A stretch of 64,000 nucleotides of DNA from Octopus vulgaris (GCA_951406725.2 OX597821.1:73656001-73720000), one strand, 5' to 3'. Counted from the stretch's first letter, positions 13,325-27,907 are shown. Made by a program: numbers and translations. Notes: generated by a model not told the origin, from the sequence alone.

Positions 13325-13842
13325 CTGTGTATCTGTGTGTATTCATGACAGCGCGCGTGTGTACGTGTATGCTCGTGTGTGCGCGTGTATACGTGAGTGC
13401 GTATGTGCGCATGTGTGTGTGTATCTATGTGTGCCTCCGTGCGTGCGTGTCTACGTGTGTGCGTGTGTACGTGTCTATGTGTATATCTATGTGCCTCTGT
13501 GCTTGCGTGCGTGTGTGTATGTGTGTGCGTATCTGTGTGCCTCTGCGTGCGTGCGTGCGTGTGTGTGTATATGTGTGTATCTATGTGTGCCTCTGTGTTT
13601 GTGCGCGTGTGTACGCGTGTACGCATGCGTGGGTGTATCTATGTGTGCCTCCGTGCGAGCGTGTGTGTGCGTGTGTACGTGTGTATGTGTGTACCTCTGT
13701 GCGTGCGTGCATGTGTGTATGTTTGTGTATGTGTGTGTGTGTGTGTACGTGTGTATCTATGTGTGCTTCTGCGTGTGTGTGTGTGTGCATGTGTATGTAC
13801 GTATCTATGTGTGCCTCTGTGCATGTGTGTGTGTGTGTGTGT
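13325..13842. repeat. GT-rich minisatellite with recurring GTGTATCTATGTGTGCCTC unit
   Basis: The motif recurs about 9-10 times at irregular ~40-60 bp spacing inside (GT/GC)n. Confidence 0.85.
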
Positions 13843-14329
13843 TGGAAGCACGACAGTGTTCTAATCTTATATTTTTCTAGCGTGTTTCTTTTCACCCTTT
13901 GCATGAGTTTTCCGCAGTTGTTATGCGTGTGTGTGCGCGCGCATGTGTGTGTATGTGTTTGTTTGTGCGCGTTTGTCTTTGTTTATGTGTGTGTATGTTT
14001 CTCGTGTACTACAATTTAAATTATGAAAAAAAAGCTTCATACCGTTGTTTTGCCTTGACAGACTCTCGGGTCAGTTTTGTTTGTGAATCTCTTTGCAGAT
14101 TGGTTTCCAATTTGCTTTATAGAAATTCAAGATGGATATAGTTTGAGCCACTTTCGCACACAGCGTGTCTTGGGTATTTCTTCAGATTTGAACACAACTG
14201 ATTTCTTTCAGAGAAACATATCGAAAGAAAGCACATCCAGTTGCTTCAAACCAACAAGCTATCCAGCTACTCGGCTACCCAGCTAACCGGCTTTAATACT
14301 GTTTCTTCTACTCCACTCAAATAATGTAC

Positions 14330-15890
14330 CCCAGAGTTTGTCCCTATCCTTGTCAAAGTCTTCGAGTGTTCTGTGTAAATCTCGTTTCCAATAAGGGTAA
14401 CCTTGAGAAGTGAGTGCGACTGTCTCTGATCGAACTCTCTTCCCAATGGTGATTAAAACAGCCTTTATCAAGGATCTTCTCATAAGACCTTAGATTCCCC
14501 CCACCCTTTACTTTCTCTCATTACGAACCACCAGTATAAAGTTTGTAAAACCAGATTTACTGCTAACATATTCTCCTATGTTATTCACCAGTGATCTTCA
14601 CCCACGAAAATTTTACTAAAACTCCATCACTGCACCTGAATCAGCATTTCTAGTACGTGAACTTTCTAAAAAACAAAAAACAACAACAACAGAAGCTGCT
14701 CAAATTTGAGTTTCATTCTCCTCTCATTTCTTGGTTGAATTGTTTCATGTCAGATCGCACCATTGCGGCGTATGTTGGAATTCTCTCTGATCCACATTCT
14801 ATCATTTTTGCTGTACCCCCAAGGATCGGTGTTGTCACCAGCATTATATATCAACCAACTCAGCGTCTCCTCCAATAACGCCAACTCCTACACAGGTGAT
14901 ACCATCCCTCGTATATCCCCTAGCCTTCCATGACCGCCACCCTTATGCAACCTAGATGCATCGAGATCATTCTCAATTGAAGTTTTGTCAATGTTTTTCT
15001 CTTTCAACAGCAGAAAGACACAAACACCTAAACATCAATATTTCACAGCTAGAACAACCGTCGCAACAAAATACCAAGTTTCACATATTAACTGGTTTTC
15101 CGTCTGTTACGACGACGAGTGTTCCAGGTGATCCGATCAACGGAACAGACTGTTCGTAAAATTAATGTGCAAGTGGCTGAGCACACCACAGACATGCGTG
15201 CTCTTAAAGTAGTTCTCAAGGAGATTCAGCGTGACACAGAATGTGACAAGGTTGGTCCCCTTTGAATTACAGGTACTACTCATTTATGCTATCTGAGTGA
15301 ACTGGAGCAGCGTGAAACAAAGTGTCTTGCTGAAGGACACAATGGGAATCCATCTGATTACCTTTGGTCGTGAGCCTAACACCCCAACCACTAAGCCCAA
15401 ACAACCGTCGCTACAAAACCCAAGTCTCACATTGACAGATTTCTCAAGGCAAACCTCTCTCCTCACCACAAGACTGTGCAACATATCGATTGTTCTTATA
15501 TAGGACCAGAAAAGGTTTCAGTCCTCCACACTACCAACCTTCTACAAAGATCAAGTGGAACCAGAATGGTGCACTGCTATCAGTGTAACAGACATCCTTA
15601 ACTAGATAAAGGTCACATGATATAGGGGCGCGTGCATCTCTACATTCCCGCCTCTGACTGAAAGACACCCAGTCTTCTGTTGGCATATTCTAATGCTACA
15701 AAAATGTTTTGGATTTGTAACTTCTTAATAGATTACATCATCACAGCATATACTGATGGAGTCATTTCTACTACGCACTAAATCAACCCTGGTCCTCCAG
15801 GGTTTGGGATTTGTGCTCCGCACCCTTTATTCTATACAATTTTGGCTTACTTACCGCTGATTCCAACAGCGCTCACTCTCAAGCAAATGA
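14330..15890 (+). mobile_element. Degraded CR1/Jockey-like LINE reverse-transcriptase relic, interrupted by a SINE
   Basis: PEFVPILVKVF, LISWLNCFMSDRTI...AVP/GSVLSP (GVPQGSVLSP motif), YINQL...SYTGDT (YADD relic); many frameshifts. Confidence 0.75.
15101..15399 (-). mobile_element. SINE family C
   Basis: Reverse-complement match to 33397-33703 and 49124-49507; flanked by a ~45-bp diverged direct repeat. Confidence 0.85.
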
Positions 15891-17212
15891 CACCGTTTTT
15901 TTTATGTCTGCCCTCTTAATCTAATATTTCAACGAAATTTACTTACTTGTAATTGTGACGGGATTTACCCGGAGTGGGTTGAGTTGTCTCCCGCCACCGA
16001 GTTCACCATGTCCCTCACGAATGTTGACCACAACCGACGGTCTGTCGTTGTCGAGGCTGTTATGGGTGCCCACTATCGGTTCCACTGCTGAAGACCATAG
16101 ACGCGGGGGCCCAATTGTGCTTCCACATCCGCCTTTATGTCAACAACCACGCCCTCAGTTGTCCACCGAACATGAAGTCTAATTTGTCAATTATCCCTGT
16201 AAAAACCCCTCGTAAACTTGCACGAATGCCGGATCGCTCGGGATGGTTATGAAGTACCCAGGGGTAAGGTAAGTTGCTGAAATATCTCCCTCTTTTGGTA
16301 GCTAAAGACGATTAAAAAATATAGGAACAAAGAACAAATGAAATGGAATGTTCCTCCTAGTATAGAACCTGCATCGCAGACTCAGATTTAGTAGTTTGAA
16401 TTCCTAAACTGAAGAAAGAGTTAAGAACATTAAAATAGAGCTAAAGACGTATTTAATGGTCTATTCTTTCATTGATATTGGTTTGAGTTCTTCGAATTTG
16501 TTGGGAGAATTTTAACTGAAAATAACGCATTCACACACACACTACAAATATTACATATACGTACACTTATGCATCTACACAAAATAGAACAGCTTCATAG
16601 ACATGCATAGGTATATGTATCACATACGCACTCATATACACGTACACTCACACATAGACTCGTACATACGTTAACTCACATACTCTCACACATGTGAGTA
16701 GATCCTGCAACTCGTATTCTCTCAAACGTACACACAAAAAGACGCAAACCAAACAGAAAAACACACACGTACATACAAACGTATCAAAGCACACAACTCA
16801 TTCTGATATACACGAATCGCTCTCTCTGTCTCTCTGTCTCGCCCTTGTACATACAAATATATACACAAATGTACACGAACACCCGCATATATGTATCTAT
16901 TCCTAAATAACAAGCTTAGTCAAAAGAAAAGAAAGGGAAAAACGAGTGAATATCAAAGAAGATTGTAAATGCAGTGTTTGACCGTTACATTATTTTTGAT
17001 AATCTGTATTATCTCCCTTTCGTCTTTCATTTCACTTCCGGTCAATTGACTATTGCAAGGATGAAAAGATTAACTATAGGATGTGTGTTGGTAATACGAA
17101 GTTGTAGCAGTTGTTGTTGCTGCTGTCGTAGCGGAAGTCGTCAGAAGGATACACATTCAAGATCTCTTGTGAGTCTCGGTATCACGGACGTTATAAGCTC
17201 CGAAACTGGCCG

Positions 17213-17217
<5 letters not shown>

Positions 17218-17280
<63 letters not shown>
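17218..17280. repeat. (CT)n microsatellite
   Basis: Direct reading. Confidence 0.98.
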
Positions 17281-17284
<4 letters not shown>

Positions 17285-17422
17285 TCTGTTTAGCGTTCAT
17301 GTTGGATATGATTGGGAGCAGGTCACGGCACAAGAAATAAGCGGAAATCGTAACGGACGTTAATAAAACTATTTACAGAAAAGACTGGAATTATTAATAA
17401 CAACACTGAAGTCACACACAAC

Positions 17423-17454
<32 letters not shown>

Positions 17455-17780
17455 TACATGCACACACGTTGGCCTAGACATACATACATACACGCAGTGG
17501 CAGGTCTATATGTAGATGTATGGAAAGCTACACCTACCCGCAGAAACACACAACCAACTCGTATTTCGAAAAGGTTCCATAAAATAATAAAATGGGAAGA
17601 AAATTATTTAAATAGAACAGAACAAACGGTCTTGACCACACACACACACGCATACACATAAATACATAATACTTACAACGTGTGCATGTATGTTTGTGTG
17701 AGTATGTCTCTCCAGATACACACAAACATATATATATACATACATACATACATACACACGTACTCATTTTGATCTTTAAT

Positions 17781-17907
17781 TCTCTTACTGGTTTCATTGA
17801 TTGGATTGCGGCCATGCTGGGGTACCGCCTTCAACAGTTAAGAATATATTTCAATCTATTTTTCTTTAATTTATTGAGCTCTGTTAGTCGAACGGCTAAG
17901 TTACGGA
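17781..17907 (-). mobile_element. SINE family A 3' fragment
   Basis: TGCGGCCATGCTGGGGTACCGCC...CGAACGGCTAAGTTACGG. Confidence 0.75.
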
Positions 17908-17934
17908 TCATAGGATGACATGACTTACACAACA

Positions 17935-18235
17935 TTTTGCGAATTGAAAGTGGAAATGGCAAGATTGTATGGAATGCGAGAGGGCAATATAAAAGTGATA
18001 CCAGTGGTGATCGGAGCGTTGGGCTCGATCCCATTGAAATTTCAAGACTCCTTAAGGCAACTGGAAATCCCATGCAAGATTGATGTCTTGCAAAAAGCAG
18101 CCTTACTAGGCACAGCGTACGTCTTAAGGAAAGTATTATCTGTTTGAGGTCCTTGTTGTGATTTGACAGATGGACTAAAGACTCTGGTGCATTTTTACAT
18201 ACACCGTGTTACGAAGGAATATTAACAACATCAGC
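17935..18235 (+). mobile_element. R4/Dong-like LINE 3' end followed by (TAA)n
   Basis: VIPVVIGALG...LQKAALLGTAYVLRKVL* C-terminus, short UTR, then (TAA)n at 18236-18313. Confidence 0.88.
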
Positions 18236-18248
18236 AATAATAATAATG

Positions 18249-18313
<65 letters not shown>

Positions 18314-18324
18314 TGTGATGATGA

Positions 18325-19003
18325 TGATGAAACAATAGACCATCACGTCCCGGGATGTCCTTTGTTGACACCAAACGAATACAAAAATCGCCAAGATAGG
18401 GTAGGACAGTATTTACATTGGAAAATATGTAAACACTACAAAATCAGCACTCCTGCTTACTGGTATGAACATCATCCTGAGCCAGTTGTTGAAGGTAAAA
18501 ATGTCACTATCCTCTGAGATTTTCCAGTCAACACTGATAGAACGAGCCAGACATAGTCATTAAAGACAGAGAAGAAAATACTTGTAAACTAATAGATGTA
18601 AGTGTTCCCACTGATAAAAATATATCTGTAAAGGAATTTGACAAATTAAGTGAATATAAGGACCTGGAAATTGAAATACAAAAGATGTGGCATCTTAAAA
18701 TGAGAACTGTTCCTGTTATTGTAGGTGCCCTAGGTATGATAGAAAAAAGGATATCAGAAACATCTAGATAACATCCCAGGAGAACCACGTCTCAGAGATT
18801 GTGCTGACAAGTACTTGCTACTTAGAAAAACTCTATCAGTTTAAATGTCTGTGTTGTATTCGATGAAGATATTTCGCTACTGCCCCTGCCACTTGCCCTC
18901 CCCAAACTTTCAGTCATACTGTAACATCTCTTATCCTTCACTCGCCCTAGGACAATGTGTGTATCTCGGTAAGTGAGTGTAACAAACAGGCAGATTAAAA
19001 GTA
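18325..19003 (+). mobile_element. R4/Dong-like LINE 3' fragment (CCHC remnant + RLE), pseudogenised
   Basis: ETIDHHVPGC...RQDRVGQYLHWKIC...PDIVIKD...LIDVSVP...YKDLEIEI..MW...VPVIVGALG with a stop and frameshifts; UTR ends in (TAA)n at 19004-19033. Confidence 0.92.
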
Positions 19004-19058
<55 letters not shown>

Positions 19059-19174
19059 CGCAGGCATGGCTGTGTTGTTTAGAAAATTGATTCCCAACTA
19101 CATGGTTCCGGGTTCAATCCTACAAGTTGGCACCTTGTGTGGATTTGGTAGACGTAAACTGAAAGAAGCTCGTC

Positions 19175-19218
<44 letters not shown>

Positions 19219-19428
19219 CTTTATGGCGGAGTTTGTTCCCCTACCACAGCTTGACAACTGGTGTTGGTGTGCTTTCGTTCCCGTAAAGTAGCGGTTCGGC
19301 AAAAGAGATCGATCGAACAAGTACAAGGCTTAAAAAGATAAGTCCTGGTGTCGATTTGTTCGACTATAAACCATCACGGCGGTGCTCCAGCATGGCTGCA
19401 GTCATATGACTGAAACAAGCAAAAGAAT
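19059..19428 (+). mobile_element. SINE family A (internal deletion)
   Basis: Head and tail match family A. Confidence 0.88.
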
Positions 19429-19470
19429 ATATTCTGCATAAGTACATGCATATATACGCACACACGCACG

Positions 19471-19502
<32 letters not shown>

Positions 19503-20550
19503 CACACGCACACATCATTCTGCATATCTCACTTAACGGGCATGTACTGTAGAAAACCACACAACTTATATTATTCATAGTCTATACGAGATTTTCGTCT
19601 GGTACTGATGACGCGCAACCACGAAGAAATCCACATATAGTAATTCTATCGCAATCGCTGGATACTTTTCGTCTGCTACGGATAAACATTTGTGTTTTTT
19701 TTTAGCATTATATCTCTGTACGAGATGCTTTCTAAAAGATAGTCACCTTAAATAAAATATACAGTACGCTGTTCGAAAATAATAGTGCTTCCATCAATAA
19801 AAATGAACACAGGCACACACGCGTCTCTGTCTATATTTGTTAAATGAAGTAGGAACATTTCAGAAGTGATCACTCTACAACAATTGCCAATCTAAATGCT
19901 AAATACTACACTACTAAATCTATAATTTAATGTGAACGATGTTTTACTGAACTACTGTTTGAAAGAATTTGTTGACAGTATATAGGCGGGGTAAGTTTGA
20001 AGGGGATTAAGCAGGATATTCCGTTCCCCCACCACCACACCAGAGTCAGTGGTGTTGTATATGTTTTCCTTAATGTGTCAACATTCTATTTTAGGAACCA
20101 CGATGGTATGTCAGTCTATTTTTATTTCTACTGTAGAAATTGTTTTGCCAGGGTGATCCTAGGCAGTGTTAATGAGTACATCAATACGTTGGTTATATGA
20201 CCATCTTCTCGTGTATATTTGTCAGAAAACCTATCCTATGTGACTCAGGATATTCAAAGATCAAATAAACCCGAATGAAAATTATATTTTACTGATTTTA
20301 TAGAAAATCTGTTGATAACGAAATTTTCCTTCTCGTTTTCAATTTAGAATTAAGATTTAAGAATTTTCGACATTACAGTCGACGAATCGTAAGTTTATCT
20401 TATCTACAACTGGCGATGTCGGATAGAATGTCTGATCTATCTATCTATCTGTCTGTCAATAGATCTATTATTTGTCTGTGTGGTTGTTTGTTTCTATTTC
20501 TGGTTATGCAGCTATCTATCTTTCTATCTATAAAAATATATATAATAACG

Positions 20551-20623
<73 letters not shown>

Positions 20624-20707
20624 ATATTTTATCGTGTATAAGGAATCTCAACGGTCCCCTACTGACATTTTTATCAAAGTTCTCGTTTCTTTTCCCATTT
20701 TCACATG

Positions 20708-20754
20708 AGCAAGTCCTCGTAGCAAGTCCTCGTAGCAAGTCCTTGTAGCGAGTC
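20708..20754. repeat. 13-bp tandem repeat AGCAAGTCCTCGT x3.5
   Basis: Direct reading. Confidence 0.9.
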
Positions 20755-21116
20755 TGTAACAGAAAAGTTCCAGACAACATCACTAAGGTTTCCAGATCTT
20801 CATAGTCTCATCTTCTGGATGAAACAGAATCACTGAGTTGTTGCTGTATTATTATGAATGAAATACAAAATGGCTGACGGTTAGTAAGGAGAGACACAAA
20901 TAAGTAAGAAGAAAACAAAGGACCACTGATGCGGTCACAGGAGTGTGACGAAAGAACTCTGGCCGAAATAAGATTAAGATTAATGTAAAAAATAAATAAC
21001 ACTGAAGTAAAGTAACATAAAATATATAGTGCGTGTGTTTTTATTGGCTAAACTGGCAAAATGACCATTCCGAAATATAACAATATTATGAATGAATTAA
21101 AGCTTAAAATAAAATT

Positions 21117-21727
21117 TCTTTCAAATTTGGCACAAGCCAGCAATTTCGGGGAGGGTGTAAGTTGGTTACATTGACCCCACTGATCAAATGGTACTTACTT
21201 CATCCCCTAGAGGATGAAAGGCAAAGTCGATATCGGCGGAGTTTGAACTCAGAACGTAAGGAAGGATGAGATACCGCTAAGCCTTTTGCCCTGCGCGCTA
21301 ATGACTGCCACTCCGCTGCCTTAATGATGATGATAATAATAATCCGTTCTACTATAGGCACAGGGCCTGAAATTTTGGGGGAGGAGTTAAGTCGATTACA
21401 TAGTCCCCAGTGCGTAACTGGTACTTATTTAATCGACCCCGAAAGGAAGAAAAGTAAAGTCAAACTCGGAGGAATTTGAACTCAGAATGTGAATACAGAC
21501 GAAATGCCGCTAAGCATTCCATCCAGCGTGGTAGCGATTCGGCCAGCTCAACGCCTTCATAATAATAACAATAATTCTTTCTGCTAGACACACAAGACCT
21601 GAAATTTGGATGGGGACTATTCGCTTGCGTCGACCCCAGCAGAATTTGATCTCAGAACGTAGAGATGGAGAAAATGCCGACAAGCATTTTACCCGGCAAG
21701 CTAACGGTTCAGCCAGCTCACTGCCTA
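21117..21727 (-). mobile_element. Three head-to-tail SINE family B copies (short-tail type)
   Basis: Copies at ~21117-21323, 21346-21558 and 21575-21727, separated by short TAA runs; long (TAA)n at 21731-21832. Confidence 0.88.
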
Positions 21728-21728
21728 C

Positions 21729-21833
<105 letters not shown>

Positions 21834-22217
21834 CATTATAGTTAATTGCACGTTCCTAATTAGAATCGCATGAAGATATTGAGAATATGCAAATCAGTGA
21901 AAACAACCGTCCATATTCAACCAAAAAATTACTAAGGGTCTAATGTTTTACTATGGAAATGAAAATTACCCGACCCATTTCTGTAGAACAGAGTTGGCCA
22001 AAACACCCCTTCCTTGCCTCGATGATAAAATCTTGTAAGTTCCTTCAGAATACTTCGATGAGTTTATTACTTCTGAAAAATGTATAGCACTGATTTAGGA
22101 AATACGTCTACGACAGATTCTGTAATTGGTGAAATGATATTTTAGCTGTAACCATGTGTTGAGAGTGGAGAAGTTTCTAGCTGACATTCTATTTTGAGTT
22201 TCTATACATTGTGCGGG

Positions 22218-22220
<3 letters not shown>

Positions 22221-22272
<52 letters not shown>

Positions 22273-22459
22273 ATATACACTTATACATATATATACACGC
22301 ATACATATATATACATAGATATATACACATTTATACATACATACATACATATATATATACATACGTATATATACATACCTATATACACATACATATATAC
22401 GTATATATACATATATACATACATATATATACATATATACATACATACATATACATACA

Positions 22460-22500
<41 letters not shown>

Positions 22501-22537
22501 ATACATATATATATACATACATACATATAATACATAC

Positions 22538-22575
<38 letters not shown>

Positions 22576-22792
22576 ATATATATACATACATATATATATA
22601 CATACATATATATATATATACTACATATATATATACGTACATACATATATATACATACATACATATATATACATATATACATATATACATATATATACAT
22701 ATATACATACATACATATATATACATATATACATATACATACATACATAATACATACATACATATATACATACATGCATATATATACATACA

Positions 22793-22831
<39 letters not shown>

Positions 22832-22895
22832 GCATATATACATGCGTATATATATATATATACATGCATATATATATATACATATATAGACATAT
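22221..22895. repeat. Long (TA/TACA)n compound microsatellite
   Basis: Direct reading. Confidence 0.97.
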
Positions 22896-22990
22896 ATGCC
22901 CCAGCATGGCCGCAGCCATCGGGCTAAAACATTTTTAAAGATTTAAAGATACGTATATACATATATGCACATATATACACACACATACAT

Positions 22991-23052
<62 letters not shown>

Positions 23053-23276
23053 ACACACACACACACATATATACATACCGTTGTGTCTGGGGAGAGTGAT
23101 TATCTTTTAGTGCCTTATAATTTAACACACTCAGCAGTAAAATTTCCCCTTATTTCTTTTCTATTTTTCTTCAATTTCTCGTTGCATTTGCAAACTTTTA
23201 AATAACTGTAGTGAGAAAGAAAGGTGATGCTAAAAATCTCCGACGTTCTTTTCTTCGCCTGTCGTGGTTAACGCTA

Positions 23277-23643
23277 TTCTTTTATTCTTTTACTTGTTTC
23301 AGTCATCTGACTGCGGCCATGCTGGAGTACCGTCTTTAGTTGAGCAAATCGATCCCACAGCTTATTTTATCGGTCTCTTATGCCGAACCACTAAGTTACG
23401 GGGACGTAAACACACCATTATCGGTTGTCAAGCGATGTTGGGGTGACACAGACACACAAACATATGCGTACATACATACATACGACGGGCTTCTAGTTTC
23501 CATCTACCAAATCCACTCACACGGCTTTAGTCGGCCCGTGGCTACAGTAGAAGACACTTGGCCAAGGTGCCACGCAGTGGGACTGAACTCGGAACCATAT
23601 GGTTGGTAAGCAAGCTACTTACCACACAGCCACTCCTGCACCT
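23277..23643 (-). mobile_element. SINE family A
   Basis: Full head-to-tail match to family A. Confidence 0.9.
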
Positions 23644-23879
23644 GATAACGAAAGTAATATATTAACCCTCCATCTTTTCCTTATACCTTTCAAATGTCTC
23701 GAATTTTGTGGCGATATTATAGCGGAATTTTGCAGTGAAATAACGATGTAACCACTTTCCTTCTAGTTCAGAATCTCAGCAATATATAGACACCACATAT
23801 TTATTAATAGAACTAATCAACAATGGTAAATTCGATAGTAATAATCGAAAGCTTCACTGCACGATATAACTGCTGTTCG

Positions 23880-24760
23880 ACAGTTTGTAAGATCTGAATG
23901 TTGCCGGCAGCTCATAGTTTTTGGTTCACAGAAACAAGTATGTCCTTGTTTATTGAAAATCTAACTCCAGAAAGAATTTCAAAAGTAAAAGTCATCCAAA
24001 CTTATTTGATTTCTTTGAGCGTATCAGCTTGGATTAACATTTTAGCAGAAATACATTATCATAGTATTGTTCTTCAAGCCAGGAATGGTACAACTGACGT
24101 GGAAGTGAATAATTTGAAATCCTAATTAGTTGAAGTTTATGTAAAAATTAGGACAGTTTTATTAGTGGAGCTAAAGTTGTGGCTGAAAATATTGAAAACC
24201 CAAAAGAATTCTTCAACTACAAACAGAAGATGAAAAAAAAAAGTTCTTTAGTGAAGATGTGAAAAGCGCTGCATAGACTTATAAACTTCTTCCAGCGAGG
24301 ATAAACGTATGGCAGAAGTATTTTACGCCATATTTAACTCGATCATTTCGAATATTTCAAAATGTTTCGATGCTGCATCTTATTTCAATAATTTATTTGC
24401 AATCATCTGGGAATATCTTGAAATAGAAAATGATGAGATTGAACTCCGTGTTAATCAATTGTATAAAATATATAACGTATTGATACAGCAACTGATAGGA
24501 AAGTGGAAATATTTCGTTTACAATTAATATAGGAATCATATATTTTTCCAATCCTAATTCTACCGCTCGTTGAATTATTAAACAAACTCATGTAGCTGCC
24601 TTTTCGAATAATATTCCCGAATGTTATCACTGCATTTCGGATTTCTTTCTTCTGTCTACCTGTCACAGTTGTAGAGGCTAAAACACCTTTCAATGCGTCA
24701 GTTTGTATTATGAGTGTAATGAGAGTAGTACCAGCTATGGCAGCCTATCTTACACAGAGA
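23880..24760 (+). mobile_element. hAT-superfamily transposase relic
   Basis: WINILAEI...VLQARNGTTD; VFYAIFNSIISNISKCF...LF; FPNVITAFRI..CLPVTVVEA (hAT C-terminal dimerisation motif FPNxxxALRIxxTLPVT); stops and frameshifts. Confidence 0.8.
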
Positions 24761-24968
24761 TCTTACTCGAATTACCTCTTGTTCGTGGCTTAAGAGTTTG
24801 TAATTGATATCTTTGATAACTATAGGGTCCAAAATGTCCCCTTGTAATTAATATCGTGAATATCATATTTCTCATTTGGTAAAATAAAATAAATTGCATC
24901 TATACTTTTTTGTTTGATGATACCATAATATACACTATTTGGATATCCACTTAGCTATTCCCATCGTT

Positions 24969-25136
24969 GTGGAGACGCAATGGCTCAGTGGTTGGGGAAG
25001 CGGACTCGCGGTCGGAGGATCGCGGTTTCGATTCCCAGACCGAGGCTCCGGCAGGGGCTGGTGGCGACCCCTGTTATACTCTTTCGCCACAACTTTCCCT
25101 CACTCTCTCTTCCTGTTTCTTGAGTAACGCTGCGAC
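24969..25136 (+). mobile_element. SINE family C, 5' part
   Basis: Head nearly identical to the 49124 copy (GCGGACTCGCGGTCG...GTTTCGATTCCCAGAC). Confidence 0.85.
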
Positions 25137-26328
25137 AATGTTTTTTTTATTTTTGCGAGATCTCGTTAGAGTATAGGGTGTTATTTACTGTTTTTCTAAT
25201 TTTGTATTGTGCTGTATGCTGAGTGAAGCTACTCTTTATTGAAAATAATACGATGAGCAGGCAGGAGAGTATCGTGAAGTTTACGGCGTTCATACCGGTA
25301 ATCAAATTTGTAAATCTCTTTGATCATCAGAAGCTCGCTCGCGGGTTTACATCATTAACCACAAAAACAAAAAAAAAAGCAAAAGACAAAACAAAGCAAA
25401 ACAAAGTGAAGCAGAATCATTCAACCGATGACACATAAATCGAGCGGTTAACAATTAAAATTCTGATTTTAATGATTACAATAATCACACTGACACTATG
25501 GAAACCATAGCAATACACGCCAACATCACATCGTTTAGAAGATGAGGCTGTGAAGTGTCTAGAAACGTTAATGATGGGTTTGGAAACATTAGGATTTGAA
25601 ACAAACAAGGAACTCATAAAGAAAAATATGAAGAAAAAACTAAATACGAAAGATAAAGCCAGGATACACTCCCGTTTTCGATATACTTCTAAAAAGAATT
25701 ACTTTAAATACACATACATAATATGTGTGTGTGCAACGGTTTCCTCTCGTTAATGCAAGATGAAAGTTAATCAGATCTGAGACGTTTGTTTCGCACTGTA
25801 AATTTGTGTATGCGGTTACTGAAGCGAAACCACACCAATATCTCGCTAAAGTAATCGGACCGGTGAGTATGGCTCGTCATTGGCTCTTCACCAATTCTAC
25901 ATTCCACTCTCCCATTTTGATTTTTGAAATGTACATCTTTCTCCAACCCGTTTTTGCTTTTTGCATTATTCATTACGATAAATAATTTTCAAATGAATTC
26001 GGATAGTTATGAGACATTCATAATGTTACGTAATAGACACCCAGTACCTCTTTTGAAACAGCTGTTGTATTCGACTACTTCTTCTATTCTGTTTTTCTTT
26101 TTTACAGCCTTATTTCTCGCATAAAAAGTATCATTTCTTGCGTTCGAACTGGGGTTGTATAGCCTATGTCAGCTTATCGGAATCTACTGTCTAATCTCGA
26201 TACGGGACGTAGTATATTTGTTATATAGATTAATAAATATTATTGATCAATTATCAAGTCATTTGTATTATCTATAGGCCTTATATATATATATATATAT
26301 AACAATAAGAGACAAAAACATCTATGTA

Positions 26329-26472
<144 letters not shown>

Positions 26473-26659
26473 AATATTATATATAATATATATATATATA
26501 AAATCCAAATAAGAGGACAAAGAAACACATCCACACACATATGTACAATACTACAATACACACTATATATATATATATACACATATATATATACATACAT
26601 ATATATATATACATACTTATACACGTATGCTTACGTATATGCGTGTGAGTATGTGCGAG

Positions 26660-26865
26660 TGTGTGTGTGTGTGTTTGTGCCACCACACTGCTTATCAACC
26701 GGTGTTGACTTGTTTACGTTCTCGTAATTTAGCAACTTAGTAATAGACCTGGACAGTAAATATCAGACTTAGAAATAGGTACTGGGGATCGACTTGTTCC
26801 ATTAAATGCTTGAAAGCGTTGCTCCAGCATGGCAGCAGTTCAATAAGTGAAGCAAGTAAAGAGTG
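26660..26865 (+). mobile_element. SINE family A 3' half, diverged
   Basis: CAACCGGTGTTG...GCTCCAGCATGGCAGCAG...CAAGTAAAGAG. Confidence 0.75.
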
Positions 26866-26963
26866 AAAAATATATACACACAGATATAGCTACACACCCA
26901 CACATATATTTCGATATTTATGTGTGTGTGTGTATTATATATATCTCTATCTCTCTCTCTCTC

Positions 26964-26998
<35 letters not shown>

Positions 26999-27031
26999 TC
27001 ACACGCATATATGTAAGCATACGTGTATAAG

Positions 27032-27072
<41 letters not shown>

Positions 27073-27784
27073 TATTATAGTATTGTATATATGTGTGTAT
27101 ATATATATAATATTTAGACACACGCATACACACATGTATGTATGTATATTCACACGTATACGTGTATATATACGAATATACAATATACAAATATAAAACG
27201 CAACAATACGAAATGAAAATGATAAAAATGTATGAGTGAAGAAAACAAAAGAAATGTTTCGTAGTTGAAGCTTTCCGACATCAACTTGGCTGTATATTTT
27301 GAATGCAAGCCGACTGCGTTTTCACTTCATCATAAACGATTAATAATCTCAAGCGATGTCAATAAACATATTTCGAAGAATGTGTCGAATATAATTATTT
27401 TTATTCTATTTATTAATTTTTTTTTTCGACCGACCAGATGATCCCATCTGCGTCGGACGATCCATTAGTGAAGGTGTCATACGAAAATCTAATTCCGGTT
27501 CTTTCTGCTCACAGAGCTGTCGTCTTTAGGCTTGATGAACGAGACACTGTGGAGTGAGACTGTTATATGTAGGTTGCTCCTGAGCGAAACACCATTTCTG
27601 CTGGGTGACAGAGACGGATATAAGCTTACTTTTGAGACACTTATAAAAACAACTTATTCAATTTATTAAATCTCTATGCGTCTACTTTCCAAAAGAAAAT
27701 AATATTAATACCAAAAAAAAAAAAAAAATTAATAAAAGCATTACAGTATTAAGTATGAATTAAGAACAACGGCAACAGCAACAC

Positions 27785-27819
<35 letters not shown>

Positions 27820-27907
27820 GCTGCTGCTGCCGCTGCTGCTACCTACAGTAGTGATAGAAATAAACAGCACCGTATTCTTGTACAGAAACAACAAAACAGC
27901 AGTAGCA

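Noticed and set aside
19596-19670. CTGATGA...GAAATCCA...TGGATA motif
   Set aside because: Stem II is out of register and stem I does not pair.
27490-27560. Possible exon after the polypyrimidine-CAG at 27513
   Set aside because: Short reading frame with no recognisable similarity and no partner exons.
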